Shown here: positions 7,477-20,500 of the stretch, piece by piece
How the letters are laid out: each line of letters begins with the position of its first letter
How positions within the stretch are numbered: position 1 is the first letter of the stretch
DNA from: Squalus acanthias
Taxonomy: Eukaryota
Assembly: GCA_030390025.1 (NCBI GenBank)
Contig: CM059431.1
Coordinates: 96,350,001-96,414,000, forward strand
Direction: 5' to 3'
DNA length: 64,000 nt
Program-made: the position numbers and the translations under genes
Notes under the pieces: model-generated
Told to the model about the DNA's origin: nothing
What the model saw: the letters and a program-made list of their open reading frames with translations, nothing else
Databases searched by the model: none

Positions 7477-10400
7477 ATACTCAGTTTCCAAATCGTTTCA
7501 CACCAATTCCATCCAATACTAACTTTTAAATCCGTTCCATTCCAATTCAATCCATTACTCAGTTTCCAATACATTCCAGTCCAACTCAATATAGTACTCA
7601 GTTTTCAATCTGCTCCATTCCAATTTAATCCAATACTCTGATTCCAATTCATTCCAGTCCAATTCAATTCAATACTCAGTTTCCAATTAGTTCCAGTCCA
7701 ACTCAGTCCAGTACTCAGTTTCCAATCCGTTCCATTCCAATTTAATCCAATACTCAGATTCCAATTCATTCCAATCAAATTCAATACAATACTTAGTTTC
7801 CAATCCGTTCCAGTACAATTAAATCCAACACTCAGTTTCCAATGCGTTGCAGTCCAGCTGAATCCAATACTCAGTTTTCTATTCGGCCCTGTCCAATTCA
7901 TTCCAATACTCAGTTCCCAATCCGTTCCATTCCAATTCAAACAAGTACTCAGTTTCCAAGTCATTCCAGTCCAATTCAATCCAATACTCAGATTCCAATT
8001 CGTTCCAGTCCATTTCAATCCAATACTGACTTTCCAATCCGTTCCATTCCAATTCAAACCAAAACTAAATTTCCATTTCGTTCCAGTTCAATTCAATTCA
8101 CTACTCAATTTCCAATCGGTTCCAGTCAAATTCAATCTAATACTCAGGTTCAAGTCCATTCCATTCCAAATTCATACAATACTCAGTTTCTAATTTGTCC
8201 TATTTCAATTCAATCCAATACTCAGTTTGCAATTCGTTCCAGTCCAATTCAATCCAATATTCAGTTTCCAAACCTTTCCAGTCATTTATTCCAATATTCA
8301 GTTTCCAATGCGTTCCAGTCCTGTTCGATGCTATACTCAGTTTCCATTCCGCTCCATTCCAATTCAAAACAATACTCAGTTTCCAATCCATTCTATTCCA
8401 ATTCAAACCAATACTCAGTTTCCAATTCATTCCAGTCCATGTCAATCCAATACGCAGTTTCCAATTAGTTCCAGTCCAACTAATGCATTACTCAGTTTCC
8501 AATCCGTTCCTTTCCAATTCAACCCAATACTCAGTTTCCAATTCGTCCCAGAATAATTCAATCCAAAACTCAGTTTCCAAAACATTCCAGTCCAACTCAA
8601 TCCAGTACTCAGTTTCCAATCTGTTCCATTCCAATTTAATCCAATACTCAGCTTCCAATTCATTCCAGTCGAATTCAATCCAATACTCAGTTTCCAATTC
8701 ATTCAAGTCCAACTCAGTCCAGTACTCAGATTTCAATCCATCCCATTCCAATTCAAGCCAATACTCAGTTTCCAATCCCTTCCATTCCAATACTCAGTTT
8801 CCCATGCATTCCAGTCCTCTTCAATCCAATACTCAGTTTCCAATCCGTTCTATTCCAATCCAACTCAATACTCAATTTCCAATCCATTCCAATCGAATTC
8901 AACACAATACACAGTTTCCAGTTTGATCCAGTCCAATTAAATCCAATACTCAGTTTCCAAATCGTTCCAGACCAATTCCATCCAATACTAACTTTTAAAT
9001 CCGTTCCATTCCAATTCAATCCAATACTCAGTTTCCAATACATTCCAGTCCAACTCAATATAGTACTCAGTTTTCAATCTGCTCCATTCCAATTTAATCC
9101 AATACTCTGATTCCAATTCATTCCAGTCCAATTCAATTCAATACTCAGTTTCCAATTAGTTCCAGTCCAACTCAGTCCAGTACTCAGTTTCCAATCCGTT
9201 CCATTCCAATTTAATCCAATACTCAGATTCCAATTCATTCCAGTCAAATTCAATACAATACTTAGTTTCCAATCTGTTGCAGTACAATTAAATCCAACAC
9301 TCAGTTTCCAATGCGTTGCAGTCCAGCTGAATCCAATACTCAGTTTTCTATTCGGCCCCGTCCAATTCATTCCAATACTCAGTTCCCAATCCGTTCCATT
9401 CCAATTCAAACAAGTACTCAGTTTCCAAGTCGTTCCAGTCCAATTCAATCCAATACTCAGATTCCAATTCGTTCCAGTCCATTTCAATCCAATACTGACT
9501 TTCCAATCCGTTCCATTCCAATTCAAACCAAAACTAAATTTCCAATTCGTTCCAGTTCAATTCAATTCACTACTCAATTTCCAATCGGTTCCAGTCAAAT
9601 TCAATCTAATACTCAGGTTCAAGTCCATTCCATTCCAAATTCATACAATACTCAGTTTCTAATTTGTCCTATTTCAATTCAATCCAATACTCAGTTTGCA
9701 ATTCGTTCCAGTCCAATTCAATCCAATATTCAGTTTCCAAACCTTTCCAGTCAATTTATTCCAATATTCAGTTTCCAATGTGTTCCAGTCCTGTTCGATG
9801 CTATACTCAGTTTCCATTCCGCTCCATTCCAATTCAAAACAATACTCAGTTTCCAATCCCTTCTATTCCAATTCAAACCAATACTCAGTTTCCAATTCAT
9901 TCCAGTCCATGTCAATCCAATACGCAGTTTCCAATTAGTTCCAGTCCAACTAAATGCATTTCTCAGTTTCCAATCCGTTCCTTTCCAATTCAACCCAATA
10001 CTCAGTTTCCAATTCGTTCCAGAACAAGTCAATCCAAAACTCAGTTTCCAATACATTGCAGTCCAACTCAATCCAGTACTCAGTTTCCAATCTGTTCCAT
10101 TCCAATTTAATCCAATACTCAGCTTTCAATTCATTCCAGTCGAATTCAATCCAATACTCAGTATCCAATTCATTCAAGTCCAACTCAGTCCAGTACTCAG
10201 AGTTCAATCCATCCCATTCCAATTCAAGCCAATACTCAGTTTCCAATCCCTTCCATTCCAATACTCAGTTTCCCATGCATTCCAGTCCTCTTCAATCCAA
10301 TACTCAGTTTCCAATCCGTTACAATTCCAGTTCAACCAAATACTCAGTTCCCAATTCGTTCCAGACCAGCTCTGTCCAGTACTCAGTTTTCAATCCATCC

Positions 10401-13400
10401 CATTCCAGTTCAAGCCAATACTCAGATTCCAATCAGTTCCAATTGAATTCATTGCAATACTCAGTTTCCAAATCTATCCAGTCCAATTCAATCCAATACT
10501 CAGTTTCCCATGCATTCCAGCCCTGTTCAATCCAATACTCAGTTTCCAATCCGGTCCATTCCAATTCAAGCCAATACGCAGTTTCCAATTAGTTCCAGTC
10601 CAACTAAATGCATTTCTCAGTTTCCAATCCGTTCCTTTCCAATTCAACCCAATACTCAGTTTCCAATTCGTTCCAGAACAAGTCAATCCAAAACTCAGTT
10701 TCCAATACATTCCAGTCCAACTCAATCCAGTACTCAGTTTCCAATCTGTTCCATTCCAATTTAATCCAATACGCAGTTTCCAATACATTCCAGTCCAACT
10801 CAATCCAGTACTCAGTTTCCAATCTGTATCATTCCAATTTAATCCAATACTCAGATTCCAATTCATTCCAGTCCAATTAAATCCAATACTCAGTTTTCAA
10901 TTCGTTCCAGTCCAACTCAGTCCAGTACACAGTTTCCAATCTGTATCATTCCAATTTAATCCAATACTCAGATTCCAATTCATTCCAGTCCAATTCAATC
11001 CAATACTCAGTTTCCAATCCGTTCCACTACAATTAAATCCAACACTCAGTTTCCAATGCATTCCAGTCTAGCTGTATCAATACTCAGTTTTCAATTAATT
11101 CCTGTTCAATTCAATCCAATACTCAGTTTCCAATCCGTTCCATTCCAATTCAATGCAATACTCAGTTTCCATATCGTTCCAGTCCACTTCAATCCAATAG
11201 TCAATTTCCAATTTGTTACATTCCAATTCAATCCAATTCTCAGTTTCCAGTTCATTCCTTTCAAATTCTATCCAAGTTTCAGTTTCCAATTTGGTCCAAT
11301 ACACTTCAAGCCAATACTGAGTTTCCAATCTGTTCCTTTCCAATTCAATCCACTACACAGTTTCCAATCGTTCCTTTCCAATTCAATACAATACGCAGAT
11401 TCAAATTTGTTCCATTCCACCTGAATCCAATATTCAGTTTCCAATTCTTTCCATTCCAATTCAATCCAATACTCAGTCTCCATTTCATTCCATTCCAATT
11501 CAATCCAATACTCAGTTTCCAATCCGTACCAGTCCACTTCAATCCAATACACAGTTTCCATTTCATTCCATTCCAATTCAATGCAATATTCAGTTTCCAA
11601 TTCGTTCCAGTCCAATTCAATTCAATACTCAGTTTTCCATGCATTCCAGTCCAATTCAATCCAATACTCAGTTTCCCATGCATTCCAGTCCTGTGCAATC
11701 CATTACTCAGTTTCCAATCTGCTCCAATCCAATTCAATACAATACTCAGTTTCCAATCTGTTCCATTCAAATTTAATCCAGTATTCAGAATAAATTCATT
11801 CCAGTCCATTTCAATCCAATACTCAGTTCACATTTCGTTCCAGTCCAATTCAATACAAAATTACATTGCTAATCCGTTCCATTGCAATTCAATCCAGTAT
11901 TCATTTCCAATCCATTCCAGCCCACTAAAATCCAATACTCCGCTTCCAATTTGTTTATTTCCATTTCAAACCAATACTCAGTTTCCAATCCGTTCCATTC
12001 TAATTCAACACAATATGCAGTTTCCAATTAGTTCCATTCCACCTGAATCCAATATTCTGTTTAAAACTTTTTCCATTCCAATTCAATCCAATACTCTGTT
12101 TCCTATTCGTTCTAGTCCACTTGAAACCAATACTCAGTTTCCAATTCATTCCATTCCAATTCAATCCAATATTCAGTTTCCAATCTGATCCATTCTAATT
12201 CAATCCAATAGACAGTTTCCAATTCGTTCCAGTCCAATTCAAGCCAATCCTCAGTTTCAAATTCGTTCCAATCCAATTCAATCCAATACACAGATTCCAG
12301 TCCGTTCCAGTCCACTTCATTCCAACACTCAGTTTCCAATCCATTCCAGTCCAATTGAATCTAATACTGAGTTTCCAATCCATTCCAGTCCACTGCAATC
12401 CAAGACTCAGTTTCTAATTCGACCCACTCCAATTCACTACAGTACTCAATTACCAATTCTTTTCATTCCAATTCAATCCAAGACTCAGTTTCCAATTTGC
12501 TGCTGTGCACTTCAACCCTACACTCAGTTTCCAATTCATTCCATTCCAATTCCATCCAGTACTCAGTTTCAAATCCTTTCAAGTATACTTCAATCCAATA
12601 GTCAGTTTCTAATCCGTTCCATTCCAATTCAATCCAATACTCAGTTTTCAATTTGTTTCATTCCAATTCAATTCAAGACTCAGTTTTCAATTTGCTGCTG
12701 TCCACTTGAACCCAATACTCAGATACCAATTTGTCCCATTCCAATTCAATACAATACTCAGTTTCCAACTTGTTCCATTCCATTTCAATCCAATGCTCAG
12801 TTTCCAATTCATTCCAATCCAATTCAAACCAATATTCAGTTTGCAATCCGTTCCTGTCCAATTCAATCCAATACTGAGTTTCCAATCAGTTCCAGTACAC
12901 TTGAACCCCATACTCAGTTTCCAATCCGTTCCAGCCCAGTTCAATCCAATTCTGAGTTAAAAATTCGTTCCAATCCAATTCAATCCAATATTCATTTTTC
13001 CAATTCATTCCAATCCACTTCAATCCAATACAGTTTCACATTTGTTCTATTGCATTTCAATCCAATAGTCAGGATGCAATTCGTCGCAGTCCAATTCAAT
13101 CCAATACTCAGTTTCCAATTCACTGCAGTCTACCTCAATCCAATATTCAGTTCCAATTCGTTCCATTCATCTCAATCCAATAGTCAGTTTCCAATTCGTT
13201 GCAGTCCAATTCAAGCCAATACTCAGTTTCAAATTCGTTCCATTCCAATGCAATCCAATACTCAGTTTCCAATTCACTCCAGTCCACCTCAATCCAATAT
13301 TCAGTTCCAATTCGTTCCATTCATTTCAATCCAATAGTCAGTTTCCAATTCGTTGCAGTCCAATTCAAGCCAATACTCAGTTTCAAATTCGTTCCGTTCC

Positions 13401-15841
13401 AATGCAATCCAATACTCAGTTTCTAATCCGTTCCATCCACTTCAATCCAATAATCAGTTTCCAATCCATTCCATTTCAATTCAATCCAATGCACAGTTTC
13501 CAATACGTTACAATCCACTTCAATCCTATACTCAGTTTCAAATTGGTTTTATTCCAGTTCAATCCAATAGTCAATTTACAATTCGTTCCAATCCACTTTA
13601 ATACAATACTCATATTCCAATCTGTTCCATTCCAATTCAATACAACACTCAGTTTCCAATCCGTTCCAGTCCAATTAAATCCAATATTGAGTTTCCAATC
13701 CGTTCAAGTCCACTTCAATCCAAGTCATTGGTTCTAATCCGATCCATTACAATTCAATCCAATACTCAGATTCCAATTCGTTCCATTCCAATTCAATCCA
13801 AGACTCAGTTTCGAAACAGTTTCAATCCGCTTCAATCCAATACTCATTTTCCAATTCATCCCATTCCATTTCAATCCAATAGTCAGTTTCCACTTTGTCG
13901 CAGTCAAATTCAATCCAATACGTAGTTTCTAATTCGTTCCATTCCAATTCAATCCAATACTCAGTTGGAATTCGTTCCATTCCAATTCAACCCAATACTC
14001 AGTTTCAAATTCGTTCCATTCCACTTCAATCCAATATTCAATTTCCAATCCGTTCCAGTCCACTTCAATCCAATACTCAGTTTCTAATCCATTCTATTCC
14101 AATTCAATCCAGTACTCAGTTTCCAATTTGTTTCATTCCAATTCAATCCAAGACTCAGTTTCCAATTTGCTGCTGCCCACTTCAACCCAAGTCTCAGTTT
14201 CCAATTCGTTCCAGTACACTTGAACCCAATACTCAGTTACCAATTTGTTCCATTCCATTTCATTCCAATGCTCAGTTTCCAATTCGTTCCATTCTATTTC
14301 ATTGCAATACTCCAATTCCAATTCGTACTATTCCAATTGAAGCCAATACTCAGTTTTGAATTTGTTCCTTTGCACTTGAACCCAATACTCAGTTTCCAAT
14401 TCGTTCCATTCCAATTCAATCCAATACTCAGTTTCTAATCCGTTCCATCCACTTCAATCCAATAATCAGTTTCTAATCCGTTCCATTTCAATTCAATCCA
14501 ATGCTCAGTTTCCAATTCGTTACAATCCACTTCAATCCAATACTCAGTTTCAAATTCGTTTTATTCCAGTTCAATGCAATAGTCAATTTACAATCCACTT
14601 CAATCCAATACTCAGATTCCAATCCATTCCATTCCAATTCAACCCGGTACTCAATTTCCAACCATTCCCGTCCACTTCAATACAACACTCAGTTTCCAAT
14701 CCGTTCAAGTCCAATTAAATCCAATATTGAGTTTCCAATCCGTTCAAGTCCACTTCAATCCAAGTCATTGGTTCTAATCCGATCCATTACAATTCAATCC
14801 AATACTCAGATTCCAATTCGTTCCATTCCAATTCAATCCAAGACTCAGTTTCGAAACAGTTTCAATCCGCTTCAATCCAATACTCATTTTCCAATTCATC
14901 CCATTCCATTTCAATCCAATAGTCAGTTTCCACTTTGTCGCAGTCAAATTCAATCCAATACGTAGTTTCTAATTCGTTCCATTCCAATTCAATCCAATAC
15001 TCAGTTGGAATTCGTTCCATTCCAATTCAACCCAATACTCAGTTTCAAATTCGTTCCATTCCACTTCAATCCAATATTCAATTTCCAATCCGTTCCAGTC
15101 CACTTCAATCCAATACTCAGTTTCTAATCCATTCTATTCCAATTCAATCCAGTACTCAGTTTCCAATTTGTTTCATTCCAATTCAATCCAAGACTCAGTT
15201 TCCAATTTGCTGCTGCCCACTTCAACCCAAGTCTCAGTTTCCAATTCGTTCCAGTACACTTGAACCCAATACTCAGTTACCAATTTGTTCCATTCCATTT
15301 CATTCCAATGCTCAGTTTCCAATTCGTTCCATTCTATTTCATTGCAATACTCCAATTCCAATTCGTACTATTCCAATTGAAGCCAATACTCAGTTTTGAA
15401 TTTGTTCCTTTGCACTTGAACCCAATACTCAGTTTCCAATTCGTTCCATTCCAATTCAATCCAATACTCAGTTTCTAATCCGTTCCATCCACTTCAATCC
15501 AATAATCAGTTTCTAATCCGTTCCATTTCAATTCAATCCAATGCTCAGTTTCCAATTCGTTACAATCCACTTCAATCCAATACTCAGTTTCAAATTCGTT
15601 TTATTCCAGTTCAATGCAATAGTCAATTTACAATCCACTTCAATCCAATACTCAGATTCCAATCCATTCCATTCCAATTCAACCCGGTACTCAATTTCCA
15701 ACCATTCCCGTCCACTTCAATACAATACTCAGTTTCCAATTCGTTCCATTCCAATTGAACCCAATACTCAGTTACCAATTCGTTCCATTCCACTTCAGTT
15801 CAATACTCAGATTCCAATTCGTTCCATTCCAATTGAAGCCA
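7477..15841. repeat. 39-bp satellite, diverged proximal layer (AATACTCAG-type monomers)
   Basis: Consensus AATACTCAGTTTCCAATTCGTTCCA(G/T)TCCAATTCAATCC with many substitutions. Contains 1469-bp and 1040-bp tandem duplications. Confidence 0.97.
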
Positions 15842-17508
15842 TGTAAGGGGTCACGGTACTGGTGCGAGGTGAGGCCTTCGTTGCCTATACTATTGCTTGC
15901 TCTGGTCTCCGGCCAGACTTTTGCAATAAGCACCTGTGAGTGGTTCGACCCACTCGCCCTTACAGTTCTGACACCTGGACTTAGATGCAAGGAGCAGTAA
16001 TGCAGAGAAAAACTCAAATAGACCCGGTTGAATAGCACGAAATGAATATCTTTATTGCATGGCGTCTAAAATCATGAAATACATGTCATAGGTGCAGATC
16101 AAAGAGAATACAAGTATACACACGTTCATGAAACTTGGTCTATGGAAATGGGGAACACACGACACATCGAAAAAGGGGGAACACATTATACATTAACCTT
16201 AGAAACCCACCCTCCCTTAATATACCTAAACTACGTCTGGATTTGTAGGATCGGAAAACATGCTCACCACTCGGCTCACTTCGGAAATTTAAAGTGAGGC
16301 ACTCAGCTCATTTTGCTGCGGCGCCTGACTGTCACGTGGTTATAAGGGTTTCTGCACCCCACTTGTTTACTCTCGCTGCCGTGAAAGGTAAGCCAGATTC
16401 CCTGATGTCATGAAGTGGTCGATGGATTCAGACCAGATCGTGCAGTAATCCGTAGAATTCAAAGGAAACGGTTCATGTAGTAGTCTGTAGAATTCAAAAA
16501 TGGATTCTGTCGTTATAACTTCAGGCGCGGTCGGGGTTTACTGACCGCGGCGGCACGTGGAATTTCTTCTCGTCTTTCTTCTCGTCTTTCTTCTGGTTAC
16601 TCGGGCCTCTGGGTCCGGACACCATTTACCGACGCTCGGGATGGTGTACCCTGTTACTTGCCCTGTCGAGGCGGCTCGTTCCGATTGAGCTCCACCCAAC
16701 ACTCGAATAACCGACCAGCACGGCTAAGAGTCAAGAGTCAAGAGAGTCCAGCAAGAGCTTCAGGAAGAGAGAGGGTTCAGCCAGAGTCAAGAGAGTCAAG
16801 AGAATCAAATGAATCCAGAGCCCAGAGTCAAGGAAGAGGCCAGGAAGCGAGAGAGAGTCAAGAGACCGATGGACATTTGTCCTCTATAGTTATACTGTTA
16901 TGTTGGCCTTATCTCCCGCTCAAATCTAAATGTTATCCTTTGTGTGATTTTGGCGCCCAAAACTCCCAGCATGGGGCGATTATCTTCTTAACGGGTTTCG
17001 GTAGCACCTGAAACTGGCCAACTATCCGTTAATACCTACTCCATTGTTGAGCCAGCCAGGATGTGTATGAATCGTCTCCTCGACTGGTTTTGGGGCCCCC
17101 CGAATACTGGCTTAATCACCCGCCAATGTTTCTCTCATTGTTGAGCCGGGGGGGTATTTGTGTATTGATGTGTCTAGATGGGTTCTCGATGGCCCCGTTC
17201 AATGATCCTTACTGTGCGTAGGAAACGATTCCAGCACTTATATCATTGCTATTGTTCAAAAATGCAAACGGGTTGCATCCTGTCTTTACAATGTGTACCG
17301 AGTATGATCCGATCTCATACTGAATGTATATTCGACGCCATCTTGTCTGCCCACTGTGTCTCTGGAAGCTTCTGCCACGATGCGCGGCGGCCATTTTACA
17401 GGCTTCTGTGTCCTTTATTATCAGGACAGCATTTCGTTTAATAAAAATGATCAATTGAATCTGCTTCTCTCATGTTATTTTGAATCGCGATAATTGCGAA
17501 ACTCTACA
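15842..17508 (-). mobile_element. Solo LTR (1667 bp) of a related subfamily, with a 4-bp target-site duplication GCCA
   Basis: The reverse complement starts TGTAGAGTTTCGCAATTATCGCGATT and ends CCCTTACA, colinear with 6099-7476. GCCA is at 15838-15841 and 17509-17512. An uninterrupted counterpart of the site (TTGAAGCCAATACTCAGTTT..TTTGTTCCTTTGCACTTGAACCC) occurs at ~14337 and ~15377. Confidence 0.95.
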
Positions 17509-20500
17509 GCCAATACTCAGTTTCCAATTTGTTCCTTTGCACTTGAACCCAATACTCAGTTTCCAATTCGATCCATTCCAATTCAATCCAATACTCAGTT
17601 ACAAATTCGTTCCATTCCACTTCAGTGCAACACTCAGTTTCCAATCCGTACTGTTCCAATTCAATCCAATACTGAGTTTCCTGACCGTTCAAGTCCACTT
17701 CAATCCAAGACTCCATTTCTAATAAGGTCCATTGCAATGTAATCCAATATTCAGTTTCCAATTCGTTCCATTCCAATTCAATCCAATATTCAGTTTCCAA
17801 TTTGTTCCATTCAAATTCAGTCCAATGAAGAGTATCGAATTCGTTCCATTCCAATTCAATCAAATGAACAGTTTCCAATTCGTTCCATTCCTGTTCAATC
17901 CAATGAACAATTTCCAATTCGTTCCATTCCAATTCAATCCAATCAACAGCTTCCAATTCATTCCATTCCAATTCAATCCAATGAACAAGTTCCAATTCAT
18001 TCCATTCCATTTCAATCCAATGCTCACTTTCCAATTCGCTCCATTCCAATTCAATCCAAGGCTCAGTTTCCAAATCGTTCCATTCCAATTCAATCCAATG
18101 AACAATTTCCAATTCGTTTCTTTCCACCTGAATCCAATACTCAGTTTCCAATTCTTTAAATTCCAATGCAATACAATACTCAGTTTCCACTAAGTTCCAG
18201 TCCAACTCAATCCAATATTGAGTTTCCAAACCGTTCAGGTCCACTACAATCCCAGTCTCAATTTCTAATTCGATCCATTGCAATTCAATCCATACCTAGT
18301 TTCCAATTCGTTCCATTCTAATTCAATCCAAGACTCAGTTTCAAAATAGTTCCAGTCCACGTCAATCCAATACTCAGTTACTAATTCGTTCCATTCCATT
18401 TCAATCCAAAAGTCTGATCCAATTTGTTCCAGTCCAATTCAAGCCAATACTCAGTTTGAAGTTCGTTCCATTCCAATTCAATCCAAAATTCAGTTTCTAA
18501 TCCGTTCCAGTCCACTTCAATCCAATACTCAGTTACTAATCTGTTCCATTCCAATTCAATCCAATACTCAATTTCCAATTCGTTGCAATCCACTTCAAAC
18601 CAATACTTATTTTTGAATTCTTCCCATTCCATTTCCATCCAATAGTCAGTTTCCACTTCATCCCACTCCAATTCAATCGAATGCTCAGTTTCCAATTTGT
18701 TCCATTCCAATTCAACCCAATACTCCGTTTCAAATTCGTTCCATTCCAATTCAATTCAATGAACATTTGCCGATTCGTTCCATTAATATTCAATCCAATA
18801 CTCAGTTTCCTATCCGTTCCATTCCAATTCAACCCAATATCAGTTTCTAATTCGTTCCATTCCAATTCAACCCAATATCAGTTTCTAATTCGTTCCATTC
18901 CAATTCAATCCAATATTCAGTATCAAATCCGTTCCAGTACACTACAATCCAAGTGTCAGATTCTAATCCGATCCATTGCAATTCAATCCATACTCAGTTT
19001 CCAATTTGTTCCATTCTAATTCAATCCAAGACTCAGTTTCGAAATAGTTCCAGTCCACTTCAATCCAATACTCAGTTTCCAATTAGTTCCATTCCATTTC
19101 AATCCAATAGTCAGATTCCAATTTGTTGCAGTCCAATTCAAGCAAATACTCAGTTTTCAATTCGTTCCATTCCAATTCAATCCAAAACTTAGTTTCCTGT
19201 CTGTTCCAGTCCACTTCAATCCAATACTGAGTGTCTAATCCGTTCCATTCCAATTTAATCCAATACTCAGTTTCGAATTCGTTCCAATCCGATTAAATCC
19301 CATGCTCATTTTACAATTCTTCCCATTCAATTTCAATCCAATACTCAGTTTCCTATCCGTTCCATTCCAATTCAACCCAATATCAGTTTCTAATTCGTTC
19401 CATTCCAATTCAACCCAATATCAGTTTCTAATTCGTTCCATTCCAATTCAATCCAATATTCAGTATCAAATCCGTTCCAGTACACTACAATCCAAGTGTC
19501 AGATTCTAATCCGATCCATTGCAATTCAATCCATACTCAGTTTCCAATTCGTTCCATTCTAATTCAATCCAAGACTCAGTTTCAAAATAGTTCCAGTCCA
19601 CGTCAATCCAATACTCAGTTTCTAATTCGTTCCATTCCATTTCAATCCAAAAGTCAGATTCCAATTTGTTCCAGTCCAATTCAAGCCAATACTCAGTTTG
19701 AAGTTCGTTCCATTCCAATTCTATCCAAAATTCAGTTTCTAATCCGTTCCAGTCCACTTCAATCCAATATTCAGTTTCTAATCCGTTCCATTCCAATTCA
19801 ATCCAATACTCAATTTCCAATTCGTTGCAATCCACTTCAAACCAATATTTATTTTCGAATTCTTCCAATTCCATTTCAATCCAATAGTCAGTTTCCACTT
19901 CGTCCCACTCCAATTCAATCGAATACTCAGTTTCCAATTCGCTGCATTCCAATTCAACCCAATACTCCGTTTCAAATTCATTCCATTCCAAATCAATCCA
20001 ATGAACAGTTTCCAATTCATTCCATTAATATTCAATCGAATGAACAGTTTCCAATTCTTTCCATTCCAATTCAATACAATGAACAGTTTCCAATTTGTTC
20101 CATTCCAATTCAATCCAATGAACAGTTTCCAATTTGTTCCATTCCAATTCAATCCGATGAACAGTTTACAATTTTTTCCATTCCAATTCAATCCAATGAG
20201 CAGTTTACAATCCATTCAATTCCAATTCAATCCAATTAAAAGTTTAATCCAATGAACAGTTTCCAATTCGTTCCATTCAAATTCAAACCAATGAACTGTT
20301 TCCAATTCGCTCCATTCCTATTCAATCCAATGAACAGTTTCCAATTCGTTGCATTCCAATTCAATTCTATGAACAGTTTCCAATTCGTTCCATTACAATT
20401 CAATCCAAAACTCAATTTCCAATTCGTTCCATTCCAATTCAAGCCAAAGAACAGTTTCCAATTCATTCCATTCCAATTTAAACCAATACTCAGTTTCCAA

